Virus record (IMG/VR): IMGVR_UViG_2619619259_000001
Location: 16,985 to 80,984 of that record
DNA: 64,000 nt
Source: a virus
Taxonomy: Duplodnaviria; Caudoviricetes
Direction: 5' to 3' (one strand)
Part shown: positions 1-8,532 of the stretch, one piece after another
How the letters are laid out: each line of letters starts with the position of its first letter
Position numbering within the stretch: position 1 is the first letter of the stretch
Position numbers and translations under genes: made by a program
The notes under the pieces: generated by a model
Told to the model about the DNA's origin: nothing
The model's input: the letters and a program-made list of their open reading frames with translations, nothing else
Database searches by the model: none

Positions 1-1299
1 AGCCGCGCAGAAGTTCGACTAGAAAATGGTGATGGAAAAATTACAGGAACACTATCAACCGGCGGAGGAAAACCAGGTCAAGGCATACCTGCGATAGCAA
101 TCGCAGGTAGCACAATTGGACGCACACCCGCTAATGGTGGCAACGGCACTGGATTTAGCGAGGATATTAGTTACACGCTAACAAAAACAGATCGCCGCGC
201 CGTAACAGACAGAATGGCAGTTCGTCGCCTAACCCCTGTTGAGTGCGAGCGGTTACAGGGATTTCCAGACAACCATACTCTGATTCCTGTTAGCGCCAGT
301 AAAAAAATTACTGAGGATGAATACTTATATATCCGTTCTCATAGACCAGAAATAACAGCGGAAGACGCCCACCGTTTAGCCAAAGATGGCCCACGATATC
401 AAGCGATTGGCAATTCAATGGCTGTCCCCGTAATGAAATGGATCGGTTCATCAATGAAAAAACACATTCCTTCTAATATTGAAAATTCAGATAAAAAGAA
501 ACCATTTTTAAAATGGGCTGGTGGCAAGTTATCAGTGATTGACCAGATAAAGCCTCATCTCCCAGATGGAAAGCGGTTTATTGAGCCCTTTGTTGGTGCT
601 GGCTCAGTCTTCATGAATGTCGATCATCCGATTAAGTTACTTGGTGATGTGAACGGTGACCTGATAAATCTTTATCATCAAGCCTCAATTAACACAGCGG
701 AGTTGATAGATTTATCAAGAAAATTGTTTGATGAAGGTAATAGCCAGGAGGCTTATATGCGTCATCGAACTAAATTCAATGCTGCCAAAGACAGCAAGTT
801 GCTAAGGGCCGCACTATTTCTATATCTCAACAAACACGGCTTTAATGGGCTCTGCCGCTATAACCTTAGCGGTGAATTTAATGTCAGCTTTGGTAGTTAC
901 AAAACCGTTTATTTCCCTGATGCCGAGTTGCTGGAATTTGCTAAAAATGCGCATAACTGCATGTTTTTTCATGCGGGCTATGAGAAATTAATTCAAATGG
1001 CTGGTGACGGTGATGTTGTGTTTTGCGATCCTCCGTATATTCCTCTGGAAAATACGGAGGGATTTACACACTACCATATTAAAAAATTTGGCATGGATGA
1101 CCATATAGACTTAGTTAAGATGTTATGTGCAGCACACCGCCGGGGGGCGAGTATTGTAATAACAAACAGTGGATCTACTGAGTCTAAAGAACTCTATCAA
1201 CGACATGGATTTACTATCCATAATCTCCACGCTAAACGCTCAATAAGCGCAGCCGGATCTACTCGTAAAGGCGTAACAGATATCATAGCAGTGCTATAG
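1..1299 (+). CDS. dmt: Bifunctional DNA methyltransferase (C5-cytosine MTase C-terminal part fused to Dam-family N6-adenine MTase), P1 Dmt-like; 5' end outside window
   Basis: Frame is open from base 1 into ORF 214..1299. C5-MTase motifs RRLTPVECERLQGFPD and RYQAIGNSMAVPV are followed by Dam motifs KPFLKWAGGK, EPFVGAGSV and DPPY. Confidence 0.85.
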   Translation, partial: SRAEVRLENGDGKITGTLSTGGGKPGQGIPAIAIAGSTIGRTPANGGNGTGFSEDISYTLTKTDRRAVTDRMAVRRLTPVECERLQGFPDNHTLIPVSASKKITEDEYLYIRSHRPEITAEDAHRLAKDGPRYQAIGNSMAVPVMKWIGSSMKKHIPSNIENSDKKKPFLKWAGGKLSVIDQIKPHLPDGKRFIEPFVGAGSVFMNVDHPIKLLGDVNGDLINLYHQASINTAELIDLSRKLFDEGNSQEAYMRHRTKFNAAKDSKLLRAALFLYLNKHGFNGLCRYNLSGEFNVSFGSYKTVYFPDAELLEFAKNAHNCMFFHAGYEKLIQMAGDGDVVFCDPPYIPLENTEGFTHYHIKKFGMDDHIDLVKMLCAAHRRGASIVITNSGSTESKELYQRHGFTIHNLHAKRSISAAGSTRKGVTDIIAVL

Positions 1300-1315
1300 C
1301 CGTAATTTAAATAGA

Positions 1316-1342
1316 AAAGCCCACGATTGTGGGCTTTGTTTT
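1316..1342 (+). terminator. Intrinsic terminator
   Basis: AAAGCCCAC-GATT-GTGGGCTTT followed by GTTTT, just after the dmt stop. Confidence 0.75.
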
Positions 1343-1395
1343 CTGCTATTCCGCTTTTAATTTATAGCTAACAAAACAATTAATTAAGTTCATCA

Positions 1396-1719
1396 GTGAA
1401 TATTTTCACAAGTAACCGTTTTGCGATATCATCTGATAATGGTGCATACATCGAAGGAAAATATATGTCAAGAGAACTCATCATTGCGCGGATCGAAAAG
1501 CTCAATTTAAAAGAGTGCGGAGCAGAAATCTTTATTGAACTGAATAACTTCCGTGTTGAGGAACCACTAACTATTTCTCAATTAAAAACGCATGCTAGAC
1601 ATTTAAAGAATTCTCTTTCCGACAAGGGAATTTCAATAAAAACGACTCAGTCACAAGAACTTGTTGCCGCATTTCATGGGTTCAAAAACTGGCGTGAAGT
1701 TACATCCATACTGAAATAA
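1396..1719 (+). CDS. Small hypothetical protein (C-terminus resembles the 'glyoxalase superfamily' small domain); likely start ATG 1464
   Basis: ARHLK..L..KGI.I...QSQELVAAFHGFKNW pattern; GAAGG upstream of the ATG at 1464. Confidence 0.45.
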   Translation: MNIFTSNRFAISSDNGAYIEGKYMSRELIIARIEKLNLKECGAEIFIELNNFRVEEPLTISQLKTHARHLKNSLSDKGISIKTTQSQELVAAFHGFKNWREVTSILK

Positions 1720-1765
1720 TAAACTAGCATATTCGGGGGGCAAGAAGTCCCCCATAAACTGCAAA

Positions 1766-2413
1766 TCAGTATTCCTTTTTGATCTCTTTCAAAAAGGAAC
1801 CGTCTTTATTGAGTAAGTTCCAGACATCGTATGAACCACCGCCTTTCTTCAACTTATGCTGATATGCCGTGATATAACCTGCATACTTTCCAGTATTCAC
1901 TACGTTAAAGTTATTCCCTGGCGCAAAAAATTCACTCTTAACCCCTTCTTCCGTCATTGATGGCAGGTGAAAGCGTCTAATCGCATCGCTGGTGGGCCAT
2001 GTGGACGAACGGTAATACACATACTTATCGTATGGGTTGTATTTTATACCTCTAAAGCCGATATCAACTTTTTTTGGATCCACATCGCCTATGTCTTCTA
2101 GCAGAATCGTACTGCTTCCATCGGACAAACTACCAATAATAAGCGCTGGTGGCGGCTCGCCTTCGTATTCTGATTGCCCATGATTTACGGTCGATAACAT
2201 GAGTTCATCACTAATGATCGTGAAACTTGTTACCTCATACATGGCGCTACTAAGTAGAGTGCTGGCGAAGTTGGTATTATTCAAACAGGGAGTGCCTGCA
2301 ATCTCATGGAACCCTTGCTTTGTTGATTCCTCGCATGAACTAGCAATAACCTGACCTGAAGCAGCAAGCAGTGCTGTACTGAGTAAAATTGATTTGAATT
2401 TAGCCACAAACAT
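1766..2413 (-). CDS. Exported/periplasmic protein of unknown function
   Basis: N-terminal signal peptide (MFVAKFKSILLSTALLAASGQVIA). Confidence 0.6.
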   Translation of the reverse strand: MFVAKFKSILLSTALLAASGQVIASSCEESTKQGFHEIAGTPCLNNTNFASTLLSSAMYEVTSFTIISDELMLSTVNHGQSEYEGEPPPALIIGSLSDGSSTILLEDIGDVDPKKVDIGFRGIKYNPYDKYVYYRSSTWPTSDAIRRFHLPSMTEEGVKSEFFAPGNNFNVVNTGKYAGYITAYQHKLKKGGGSYDVWNLLNKDGSFLKEIKKEY

Positions 2414-2568
2414 TTACCTATATTTATAAAAACAAAGGACTATATAGAAAATGAGTTGAATTGGCTTTTATTTAGATCCCATTTTGTTAAAGTCACGACT
2501 TATTGCTACTCATTGAAGTCAAGAACCGCATCAGGCATGGCTGAATGTCACGATGCCTTATAACCCAT

Positions 2569-2865
2569 TCAAATCGCACGCAGCGTTTCTACAACGCTTG
2601 GATCCTTCTCTATCAGCGATAGCATCTTCATAGCCATGCCACTAGGAACCCGTCGTTCTAATTCCCAGCTCTGGACCACAGACGGGCTAGCACCTAGCAT
2701 TTGTGCAAATTCAGCCTGACTCATACTAAACCGCTTGCGAATTGACTTTACGTCAGGGATAGAATGGCGATGTACATTCTCTGGGTTTGGCTGTATTTCA
2801 TCATTCTCAATAGCAACCATTTCATTTACGCTGTCAATCAGCGTATCAAACAAGTTCTTATCCAT
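2569..2865 (-). CDS. higA: HigA-like XRE HTH antitoxin
   Basis: DVKSIRKRFSMSQAEFA..LG.S..VVQSWE..RR.PSG HTH; lies downstream of a RelE-type toxin. Confidence 0.85.
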   Translation of the reverse strand: MDKNLFDTLIDSVNEMVAIENDEIQPNPENVHRHSIPDVKSIRKRFSMSQAEFAQMLGASPSVVQSWELERRVPSGMAMKMLSLIEKDPSVVETLRAI

Positions 2866-2910
2866 AAATTTACCCTCGTTATGGAGAGGTTAACCGCCCG
2901 AAGGCGGTGG

Positions 2911-3234
2911 TTATTTCATGAGTTGAATAGCGCTCTTAATTTGGGATTTTTGCTCTTGCGTTAAGTCACTTTGCGCATTTTTCGGATACATCAACAATAA
3001 ATACAATCGTCCGCTTGCGGTCCTTACATAATAAATAATCCTAACACCGCCACGCTTACCCATTCCCTTGCGGTTCCAACGAATCTTTTTACATCCGCCA
3101 GTATGACTAATTGTGTCACCCGCATCATGATGTTTCAGTAGATAACTTTGAAATTCCTGAAACTCATCATCTTCTATAAGTTCCTTTCGTTGCCTACTGA
3201 ATGCGGTGGTTTCGATAAACTCCAAATAATCCAT
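2911..3234 (-). CDS. higB: RelE/HigB-2 family toxin
   Basis: EFIETTAF...GDTISHTGGCKKIRW...GKRGGVRIIYY...YPKN; GGAG Shine-Dalgarno before ATG 3234. Confidence 0.85.
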   Translation of the reverse strand: MDYLEFIETTAFSRQRKELIEDDEFQEFQSYLLKHHDAGDTISHTGGCKKIRWNRKGMGKRGGVRIIYYVRTASGRLYLLLMYPKNAQSDLTQEQKSQIKSAIQLMK

Positions 3235-3272
3235 CGTTACCGCTCCATTTCTGCCTACATGTAAATAGTACA

Positions 3273-3322
3273 CGTACCAAGTACGCATATCAAGTAATAA
3301 TACGTACAGGGTACGTATTATT
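3273..3322. promoter_or_regulatory. Palindromic operators upstream of higBA
   Basis: AATAATACGTAC-AGG-GTACGTATTATT (3296-3322) and the related CGTAC-CAA-GTACG (3273-3285). Confidence 0.6.
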
Positions 3323-3400
3323 TAATGCAAACAAAAAGACCACCTCATCACAGGTGGCCTAATAAATTACTTAATCAATGACTCGAATGTATTGCAGGCG

Positions 3401-3925
3401 TTACTCGTTGTCTTCAAATAAAGATTTGATTGATTTTGTGGGGTAAAACAAAGAATTGCTGTTATTTCCTGTTAGCGCAATAAATCCAAGATGCTGATAA
3501 AATGACTTGGCTCTATCATTCAGCGCATCCACAAAAAGCCCATGTATACCCACCGCCATTGATGCCTGATAAACAACTCTCATGGCATGAGTAACAAGCA
3601 AGTCCCCATATCCTTTACCTTGCATGGAATTATCAATAGCGAGCCTCCCTAGCGTGATACTTGGTGTGTTCTTATATGGAATTTTCTTCTGTTGGCTCTT
3701 GGATGGAAACGATTCTCGCTCAAAGCAACTACCTGATAACGTGTAATACCCTAATATTTTTGGTCCGTCTTTCGCTTTCATTACGTAAGCTTTTAAGATC
3801 TCCATCTCATGCTGTCTTCCTAATTGCTCTACAAGAAAGGCATTCAAAGAATCATCACCGCAATCAAACCTTTTTAGGTCGTACTCTGCACTATCAGTGA
3901 AAATAATTACCTCTAAGCCATCCAT
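3401..3925 (-). CDS. GNAT acetyltransferase toxin (TacT/AtaT-like)
   Basis: FDCGDDSLNAFL, LGYYTLS, LGRLAID..QGKGYG, VDALNDRAKSFYQHLGF. Confidence 0.9.
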   Translation of the reverse strand: MDGLEVIIFTDSAEYDLKRFDCGDDSLNAFLVEQLGRQHEMEILKAYVMKAKDGPKILGYYTLSGSCFERESFPSKSQQKKIPYKNTPSITLGRLAIDNSMQGKGYGDLLVTHAMRVVYQASMAVGIHGLFVDALNDRAKSFYQHLGFIALTGNNSNSLFYPTKSIKSLFEDNE

Positions 3926-3927
3926 CT

Positions 3928-4197
3928 CTACTCCATTGACTGTAAGCGTTTAGCCGCTCGTTTTAGCCGCTCGTTAGGCATTGGTGGGTTATTGATTGCT
4001 TGCATTACTAAATTCCAAGAGTCTTCATTGAGGACCAATCGCTTGTGTCGTTCAATAACAACTTCAGCTCGTTTTGCCGCACTGGCAACCATGAACTGTG
4101 TAATTGTCAGGTTTTCCATTGCCGCAGCTTCTTCTATCAGGCTTTTATCATCAGGAGAAAGCCTGAGATCGATGCGTTCTTTCTTAAGTGCCGACAT
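3928..4197 (-). CDS. DUF1778 RHH antitoxin (TacA/AtaR-like)
   Basis: KERIDLRL...K.LIEEAAA...FM..SA...A...PP.PNERLKRA; directly upstream of the GNAT gene. Confidence 0.9.
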   Translation of the reverse strand: MSALKKERIDLRLSPDDKSLIEEAAAMENLTITQFMVASAAKRAEVVIERHKRLVLNEDSWNLVMQAINNPPMPNERLKRAAKRLQSME

Positions 4198-4243
4198 AAT
4201 TTATTCCTAGTTGCTGCGTTATTCTTAATTTTCTTGCTCAAAA

Positions 4244-4262
4244 GTACGGATGCCATCCGTAC
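4244..4262. promoter_or_regulatory. Palindromic operator of the DUF1778-GNAT operon
   Basis: GTACGGATG-C-CATCCGTAC, about 47 bp upstream of the antitoxin start. Confidence 0.6.
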
Positions 4263-4405
4263 AAAATTAATTTAACAGATTTGTAGGGCGCTTTCCACTA
4301 AATCAGGCTGGTAAATAAAATCTTTACGTTAAATGAGTAAAGCATCAATTGAGTAAATGATACTTTGATGGTTATAGCCCCATCTCCACAGGGCTATCCC
4401 TTGCC

Positions 4406-5158
4406 TTATTTCATCTTCATTAACGCCAAAAGTGAAGGAAATCTAGATTCAAAAAAATGTGGCTGCGTCTCTCTTGGATTGCCTGGTGAAGTGATGTTTT
4501 TCCCATATCTCAGCCCATAGGCCGTCAAACACCAGAACGTCTTTTCTGATCCTTTACTCCTACTTGGTCTTGTCTTTTTCTCGACTACATCAATCTCTTG
4601 CAATAATTTATAGGCATATTGAGATGATATATTTACGTCATGTTGCTTTAGTAAAGTCCTTAAAGCAGCCGTAGGCCTGCTTGAGCCGTCATTTGCATCA
4701 ACTGGCGCATCAATGGCGTAACTTGGGACCAAATTTGGCAATCCCGCGAACTTCTGCAGTTGTTGAAGCCCTCCTAATCGAGAAGAGTTTGAGAGGTTTA
4801 AAAGTTTTGTCGCTGACTCAAGTAAAAGTATGCCTGCCTGTACGGTTTCTATTTTATTGCTGGTGGTCGGGATCTGTACCTGGATTTGTTGTTCAAGTTC
4901 CTGCCATCGATCGACTAGTCGAGCTGTGAACTCGGGTGATAATTGAGCAACGACAATGTAACTATCTCTCTTCTCTAAACGGTACTCTGAAACCATTTGG
5001 CCTCTATGATTTTTAACTTCCCCCATTGGGGGAAGTTGAATTACTCCCTTCTCAGCAAGCCTTTCAATAGATTGTTTTACTTTGTCGTGTCGAGACTCTA
5101 CAAGTTCAGCAATTTCACGGCTCGACATAGTAACAGCAGGTGCGGTTAATAGGCTCAT
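4406..5158 (-). CDS. Rha-family antirepressor-like protein
   Basis: TMSSREIAELVESRHDKVKQSIERL...VAQLSPEFTARLVDRWQELE; C-terminal GLRYGKNITSPGNPRETQPHF; ATG 5158 overlaps the upstream stop. Confidence 0.85.
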   Translation of the reverse strand: MSLLTAPAVTMSSREIAELVESRHDKVKQSIERLAEKGVIQLPPMGEVKNHRGQMVSEYRLEKRDSYIVVAQLSPEFTARLVDRWQELEQQIQVQIPTTSNKIETVQAGILLLESATKLLNLSNSSRLGGLQQLQKFAGLPNLVPSYAIDAPVDANDGSSRPTAALRTLLKQHDVNISSQYAYKLLQEIDVVEKKTRPSRSKGSEKTFWCLTAYGLRYGKNITSPGNPRETQPHFFESRFPSLLALMKMK

Positions 5159-5574
5159 AACGACACCTCCACCAGCTGATCCAAATAAGCCCTGCAATAG
5201 GTGAGTTCCCTTAAGGCATCTTTAAGGCGATCGGAGATATTCCAGTCAATGTTGACGCTCTGAAGTTCAATGAGTGCATCTTCAATGCGCTCATAACTGG
5301 CTGCGACCAACTCTTTTAGTGAAGTTTCTTCTAACTCTTTTTCTACCTCTGAAACACCGTGAAAATGTTCGAAATCTTCTTCATCCCAAAGGTCGGCTAT
5401 TGTGGAAGAAAGGCGTTTTGAATCGGCACCAGACAGAAAACCAATGTGTTGGCCAAGAACTGGGATACAGTCGGGCTCATCTCGGCTAATTCGAATATCG
5501 TAGCGGACTTTTTCTATGGCTGAGAGCAGATATTGACGATCAACATTTAGATCTTGGGTAGGGGTAGTAGCCAT
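5155..5574 (-). CDS. Hypothetical protein, first gene under C4-type control
   Basis: AGGAGG Shine-Dalgarno overlapping the C4 target; coupled to the Rha gene. Confidence 0.6.
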   Translation of the reverse strand: MATTPTQDLNVDRQYLLSAIEKVRYDIRISRDEPDCIPVLGQHIGFLSGADSKRLSSTIADLWDEEDFEHFHGVSEVEKELEETSLKELVAASYERIEDALIELQSVNIDWNISDRLKDALRELTYCRAYLDQLVEVSL

Positions 5575-5779
5575 GTTTTGGCCTCCTGTAACGGTAAATT
5601 ATTTCACCGCCAGGAGGTTCGAATCTCAAATGGGCGGTGAACTGGACGGGGTTCGAACTACCGGCGTTACAGGAACCGGCCCAACCAAGTTGGCCCCGCC
5701 CAGCCCACCATTGATCATAGCGTGCGCAGGCGCTGGACACAAAAAAAGACGCTGGCGCGTCATGTGTCGCCCGTAACAT
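5540..5779 (-). CDS. Ash/Icd-like small ORF overlapping the C4 RNA
   Basis: APASFF...W.G..G...AGS..AG..NPV pattern typical of ash-annotated ORFs; may only reflect RNA conservation. Confidence 0.3.
   Translation of the reverse strand: MLRATHDAPASFFVSSACARYDQWWAGRGQLGWAGSCNAGSSNPVQFTAHLRFEPPGGEIIYRYRRPKHGYYPYPRSKC
5636..5711 (-). ncRNA. c4: C4/CI-type antisense RNA no. 1
   Basis: Folded element whose segments TCCTGTAAC and GTTCGAA are complementary to targets upstream (5770-5799) and downstream (5582-5625, covering the Shine-Dalgarno). Confidence 0.75.
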
Positions 5780-6074
5780 TTATCCAGGGTTCGAATCCCG
5801 ATCACAGATTTTGCTGTGACCTAAAAACCATATCCCTGAATCAACTCAGTGGTCAACACATTTTCACGGCCTAACTTTGAATAGCTCAAAGTCATTTAAA
5901 ACTAAATCATTATAACAAAATAATCAAATGATGTTTTTATCATTAAATCATTCAGTCTGAAAACATGCATATATGATAACTAATGGATAAAATAATAATG
6001 CTGAAATAAGATTCACATTGCTACAATGAAAAAAATCATAAATAACTAAACTTTTATCATCGGAAGAAAAAAAC

Positions 6075-6359
6075 ATGTCAGCAATCGGTACTTTAGATTC
6101 CATTTGTTCTGGTCATGGGGGATTTCCACCACGACCACCAGCTGACGCCGAGCCTTTTTTTCAAGTTAATGGCATCCCTGTTCTAGTTGATGGCAAACAA
6201 TATTTAGCCCATAGCGATGGTGATAGCTCCCATGATGGGATCGCATTAACAACTCGCGGATGGTTCACGATTAATGGGCAAGGCGTAGTGTGCGTAGGGG
6301 ATCCTGTTTCGTGTGGCTCTATCGTTGCAGTCGGTGACGACCTGATAGATATCAGTTGA
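6075..6359 (+). CDS. PAAR-domain tail spike tip protein (P1 UpfC-like)
   Basis: CSGHGGFPPRP, VNGIPV, H.G, FTINGQGVVCVGDPVSCGS. Confidence 0.85.
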   Translation: MSAIGTLDSICSGHGGFPPRPPADAEPFFQVNGIPVLVDGKQYLAHSDGDSSHDGIALTTRGWFTINGQGVVCVGDPVSCGSIVAVGDDLIDIS

Positions 6360-6365
6360 GGTCCT

Positions 6366-7163
6366 ATGTTAGAGAAAGAGTATCAAATAGAGGCATATCA
6401 CGCGATGAAAGCAGCTGGTGGAATTTTATCGCCTGCTGCTATAGGTCTATGTGGTGCAGCAAATAGCGCGGCGGTGAAACTATCAAGCGACTTATCGAAG
6501 ATGATCGATAGTGAATTAGAATACCCCGCAAAGCTGAAGCCTTTTCTTAACGAAATTAAGGGAATTGCAAGCAACTTCGAGGATGCCAGTGCGACTCTTA
6601 ATGCCCACATTTCTATTCTCTCTAAGCATAGCGAACTATCAGAACTATTTCGTCTAAATATCGGCTGGGATCTGTTCTTGAAAACGTCAGGTGATGGTTT
6701 AGATAGTGAGTTATGGATTTCAACGGCCATAGCTGACACAGAAGTGTCTCAGGCATTATTGTCAGGTCTGACGGTCTACAATCTCGAAGACCTAGATAAT
6801 GCAATGAGTAGCATAAATAAAACGCTATCCAGTAGTTCAAGTTCTTCGTCTGGTACAACAAGAGAAGGCTCTGGTTCAGTAGGTGGATCATCAACACCTG
6901 AGATTAGCGCAAAACAATACAAAGCGTTAGAAGATGCACTTCTAGCACTAGAGCCACTATCAGCCCCCCTATATGCAGCAAAACAAACGCTACTCACCCT
7001 GCATTCAAAAGCCAGAAAAAGCATTGAGGATGCATACAGTACTTTTGATGCCGCACTTCTTGTAACGATGCTGGATTCTATGGGCAGTGCTAAATACGTA
7101 AGCCTAGCTCGTAACACACTTATGCCGCCTGACGTTGCCGCAGCATTGGACAATAAGCCATGA
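6366..7163 (+). CDS. P1 UpfB-like virion-associated protein
   Basis: N-terminus MLEKEYQIEAY..AAGG and L.IGWD recalled from P1 UpfB; follows the PAAR gene. Confidence 0.6.
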   Translation: MLEKEYQIEAYHAMKAAGGILSPAAIGLCGAANSAAVKLSSDLSKMIDSELEYPAKLKPFLNEIKGIASNFEDASATLNAHISILSKHSELSELFRLNIGWDLFLKTSGDGLDSELWISTAIADTEVSQALLSGLTVYNLEDLDNAMSSINKTLSSSSSSSSGTTREGSGSVGGSSTPEISAKQYKALEDALLALEPLSAPLYAAKQTLLTLHSKARKSIEDAYSTFDAALLVTMLDSMGSAKYVSLARNTLMPPDVAAALDNKP

Positions 7164-7393
7164 AGACTTTTCTATCTGTTTTTCTATCTGCGGTATCTGG
7201 CGCTTTCTGCGCACTAATTATTTCATTTACCTTCATCGGGGTCAGTCAGGAAGACAACATGAAATTGATTATGTCATCCCTAAATGAGATCAACGGACAC
7301 CTTGAATACACGTATCAGCGTATAGATGATCTCAGTGAACAGTTCGATGCCAGATTTTTGGCACCACCGGAAAGAAATGTATGCCCAAAATAA
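7160..7393 (+). CDS. Small membrane protein
   Basis: Hydrophobic N-terminus; overlaps both neighbours. Confidence 0.5.
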   Translation: MKTFLSVFLSAVSGAFCALIISFTFIGVSQEDNMKLIMSSLNEINGHLEYTYQRIDDLSEQFDARFLAPPERNVCPK

Positions 7394-7767
7394 ACGCAAT
7401 CCTCATCGTCACGCTTTCCTGTGTGTCATTTATTGCTTACACGCAATATAACCGGATAAATCAACTAAAGGGATTTAACGAATCCTTAGCCAAAAGCGAA
7501 AAAGAGATTAGAGAAGAGAAAGACCGGTTAAAGGACCAATACAACATCATCAATGAGGCTTTAACTCATGTCGCAGAACAAAAAGAAAAGGCAGAAGCGG
7601 AAAGCAACACATTACGAAACAATCTCAAGTCTGCGCAGCGTGGCAATAGTGCTTCTCGTGTTCCTGTTCCTGCTGATGTTATCAGGATGCAGAAGTCAGC
7701 CATTGACGAAACCAATAGAAAATTTACCGCTGCCGGAAGTACTAATAGAACCGTGTCTACTCCCTGA
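7381..7767 (+). CDS. Putative inner-membrane spanin (Rz-like)
   Basis: N-terminal TM segment, coiled coil and VPVPADVIR motif; overlapped by a lipoprotein ORF. Confidence 0.65.
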   Translation: MPKINAILIVTLSCVSFIAYTQYNRINQLKGFNESLAKSEKEIREEKDRLKDQYNIINEALTHVAEQKEKAEAESNTLRNNLKSAQRGNSASRVPVPADVIRMQKSAIDETNRKFTAAGSTNRTVSTP

Positions 7768-7891
7768 CTTTGATGTTAAAACTTACGGTGACTATCCTGA
7801 TTATGTTGAGCGGGTTCGTCTGGCAGTAGAGAAATGCAACTACAACAATGCCGCAATACGGGATATAAACAAAAAGACATTAAGTTGGTAA
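7568..7891 (+). CDS. Putative outer-membrane spanin lipoprotein (Rz1-like); start uncertain
   Basis: Lipobox LMLSG/C, proline-rich LPLPEVLIEPC, late C.....AI. Confidence 0.65.
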   Translation: MSQNKKKRQKRKATHYETISSLRSVAIVLLVFLFLLMLSGCRSQPLTKPIENLPLPEVLIEPCLLPDFDVKTYGDYPDYVERVRLAVEKCNYNNAAIRDINKKTLSW

Positions 7892-7895
7892 CAAA

Positions 7896-8177
7896 ATGAT
7901 TATTTATATTGCCGGACCGATGAGCGGTCTAGATGATTGTAATCGTGCAGCATTCAATGCTGTAGCAAAAAGACTAAGTTTCAACGGCGATACACCGCTA
8001 AATCCCGCATTGTTACCGCATGGACTTAGTCAGCATCAATATATGGATATCTGTTTTGCTATGCTCCGGTCTGCAGAAGCTATTTACTTACTAAAAGGCT
8101 GGGAGGCAAGTGCTGGTGCCTCTGCGGAGTACCATTATGCATACAAGATGGGTTTGAAAGTATTTAACCAATGCTAA
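7896..8177 (+). CDS. DUF4406 family protein
   Basis: IYIAGPMSG...NRAAF, LNPA, YMDIC.AML, L.GWE.S.GA..E. Confidence 0.85.
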   Translation: MIIYIAGPMSGLDDCNRAAFNAVAKRLSFNGDTPLNPALLPHGLSQHQYMDICFAMLRSAEAIYLLKGWEASAGASAEYHYAYKMGLKVFNQC

Positions 8178-8333
8178 TTGTTTTTTGACAAAAAGACGTA
8201 ATGATAAAAACATCATCTCTTATGATTTTAATTTTAAAATCAAATAATAGTTAAAAAACATTTTGAACAATTTTACACGCTGGCTTATTTGTGCTTTTCA
8301 CACAGTTACGTGTGTCAAATTCCCTGCAAATAA

Positions 8334-8362
8334 TTGACTATACATTTTGTGTAAAGTAATCT
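8334..8362 (+). promoter_or_regulatory. Sigma70 promoter
   Basis: TTGACT-17 bp-TAATCT. Confidence 0.55.
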
Positions 8363-8429
8363 TGAATCCAATAACTAAACGCGTTTTTTTCAGTTTAAGT
8401 TACATTTTCAAAATCGCAGGAGGTAATTC

Positions 8430-8465
8430 ATGAAAAAAATATGTGATGAATTCGATGGTTTCTAG
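8430..8465 (+). CDS. 11-aa micro-ORF MKKICDEFDGF
   Basis: Strong AGGAGGT Shine-Dalgarno immediately before the ATG; promoter upstream; not in the ORF track. Confidence 0.55.
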   Translation: MKKICDEFDGF

Positions 8466-8492
8466 ACCATAGTTAACCTCTATGAGTATGAG

Positions 8493-8518
8493 GCGGGGAT
8501 AATTACCCCGCTTTTTTT
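8493..8518 (+). terminator. Intrinsic terminator/attenuator between the micro-ORF and the DUF4760-like gene
   Basis: GCGGGG-ATAATTA-CCCCGC-TTTTTTT. Confidence 0.7.
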
Positions 8519-8532
8519 ATGGATGAAAAATT

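Noticed and set aside
5610-5800. Repeated GGTTCGAA motifs as tRNA T-arms
   Set aside because: No acceptor stem or CCA; better explained as C4 recognition sequences.
8493-8511. GCGGGGATAA matches 10 nt of the type I-E CRISPR repeat (solitary repeat / RNA anti-CRISPR idea)
   Set aside because: Stem arms are in the opposite order to the repeat hairpin and are followed by a T-run; an ordinary terminator explains it.
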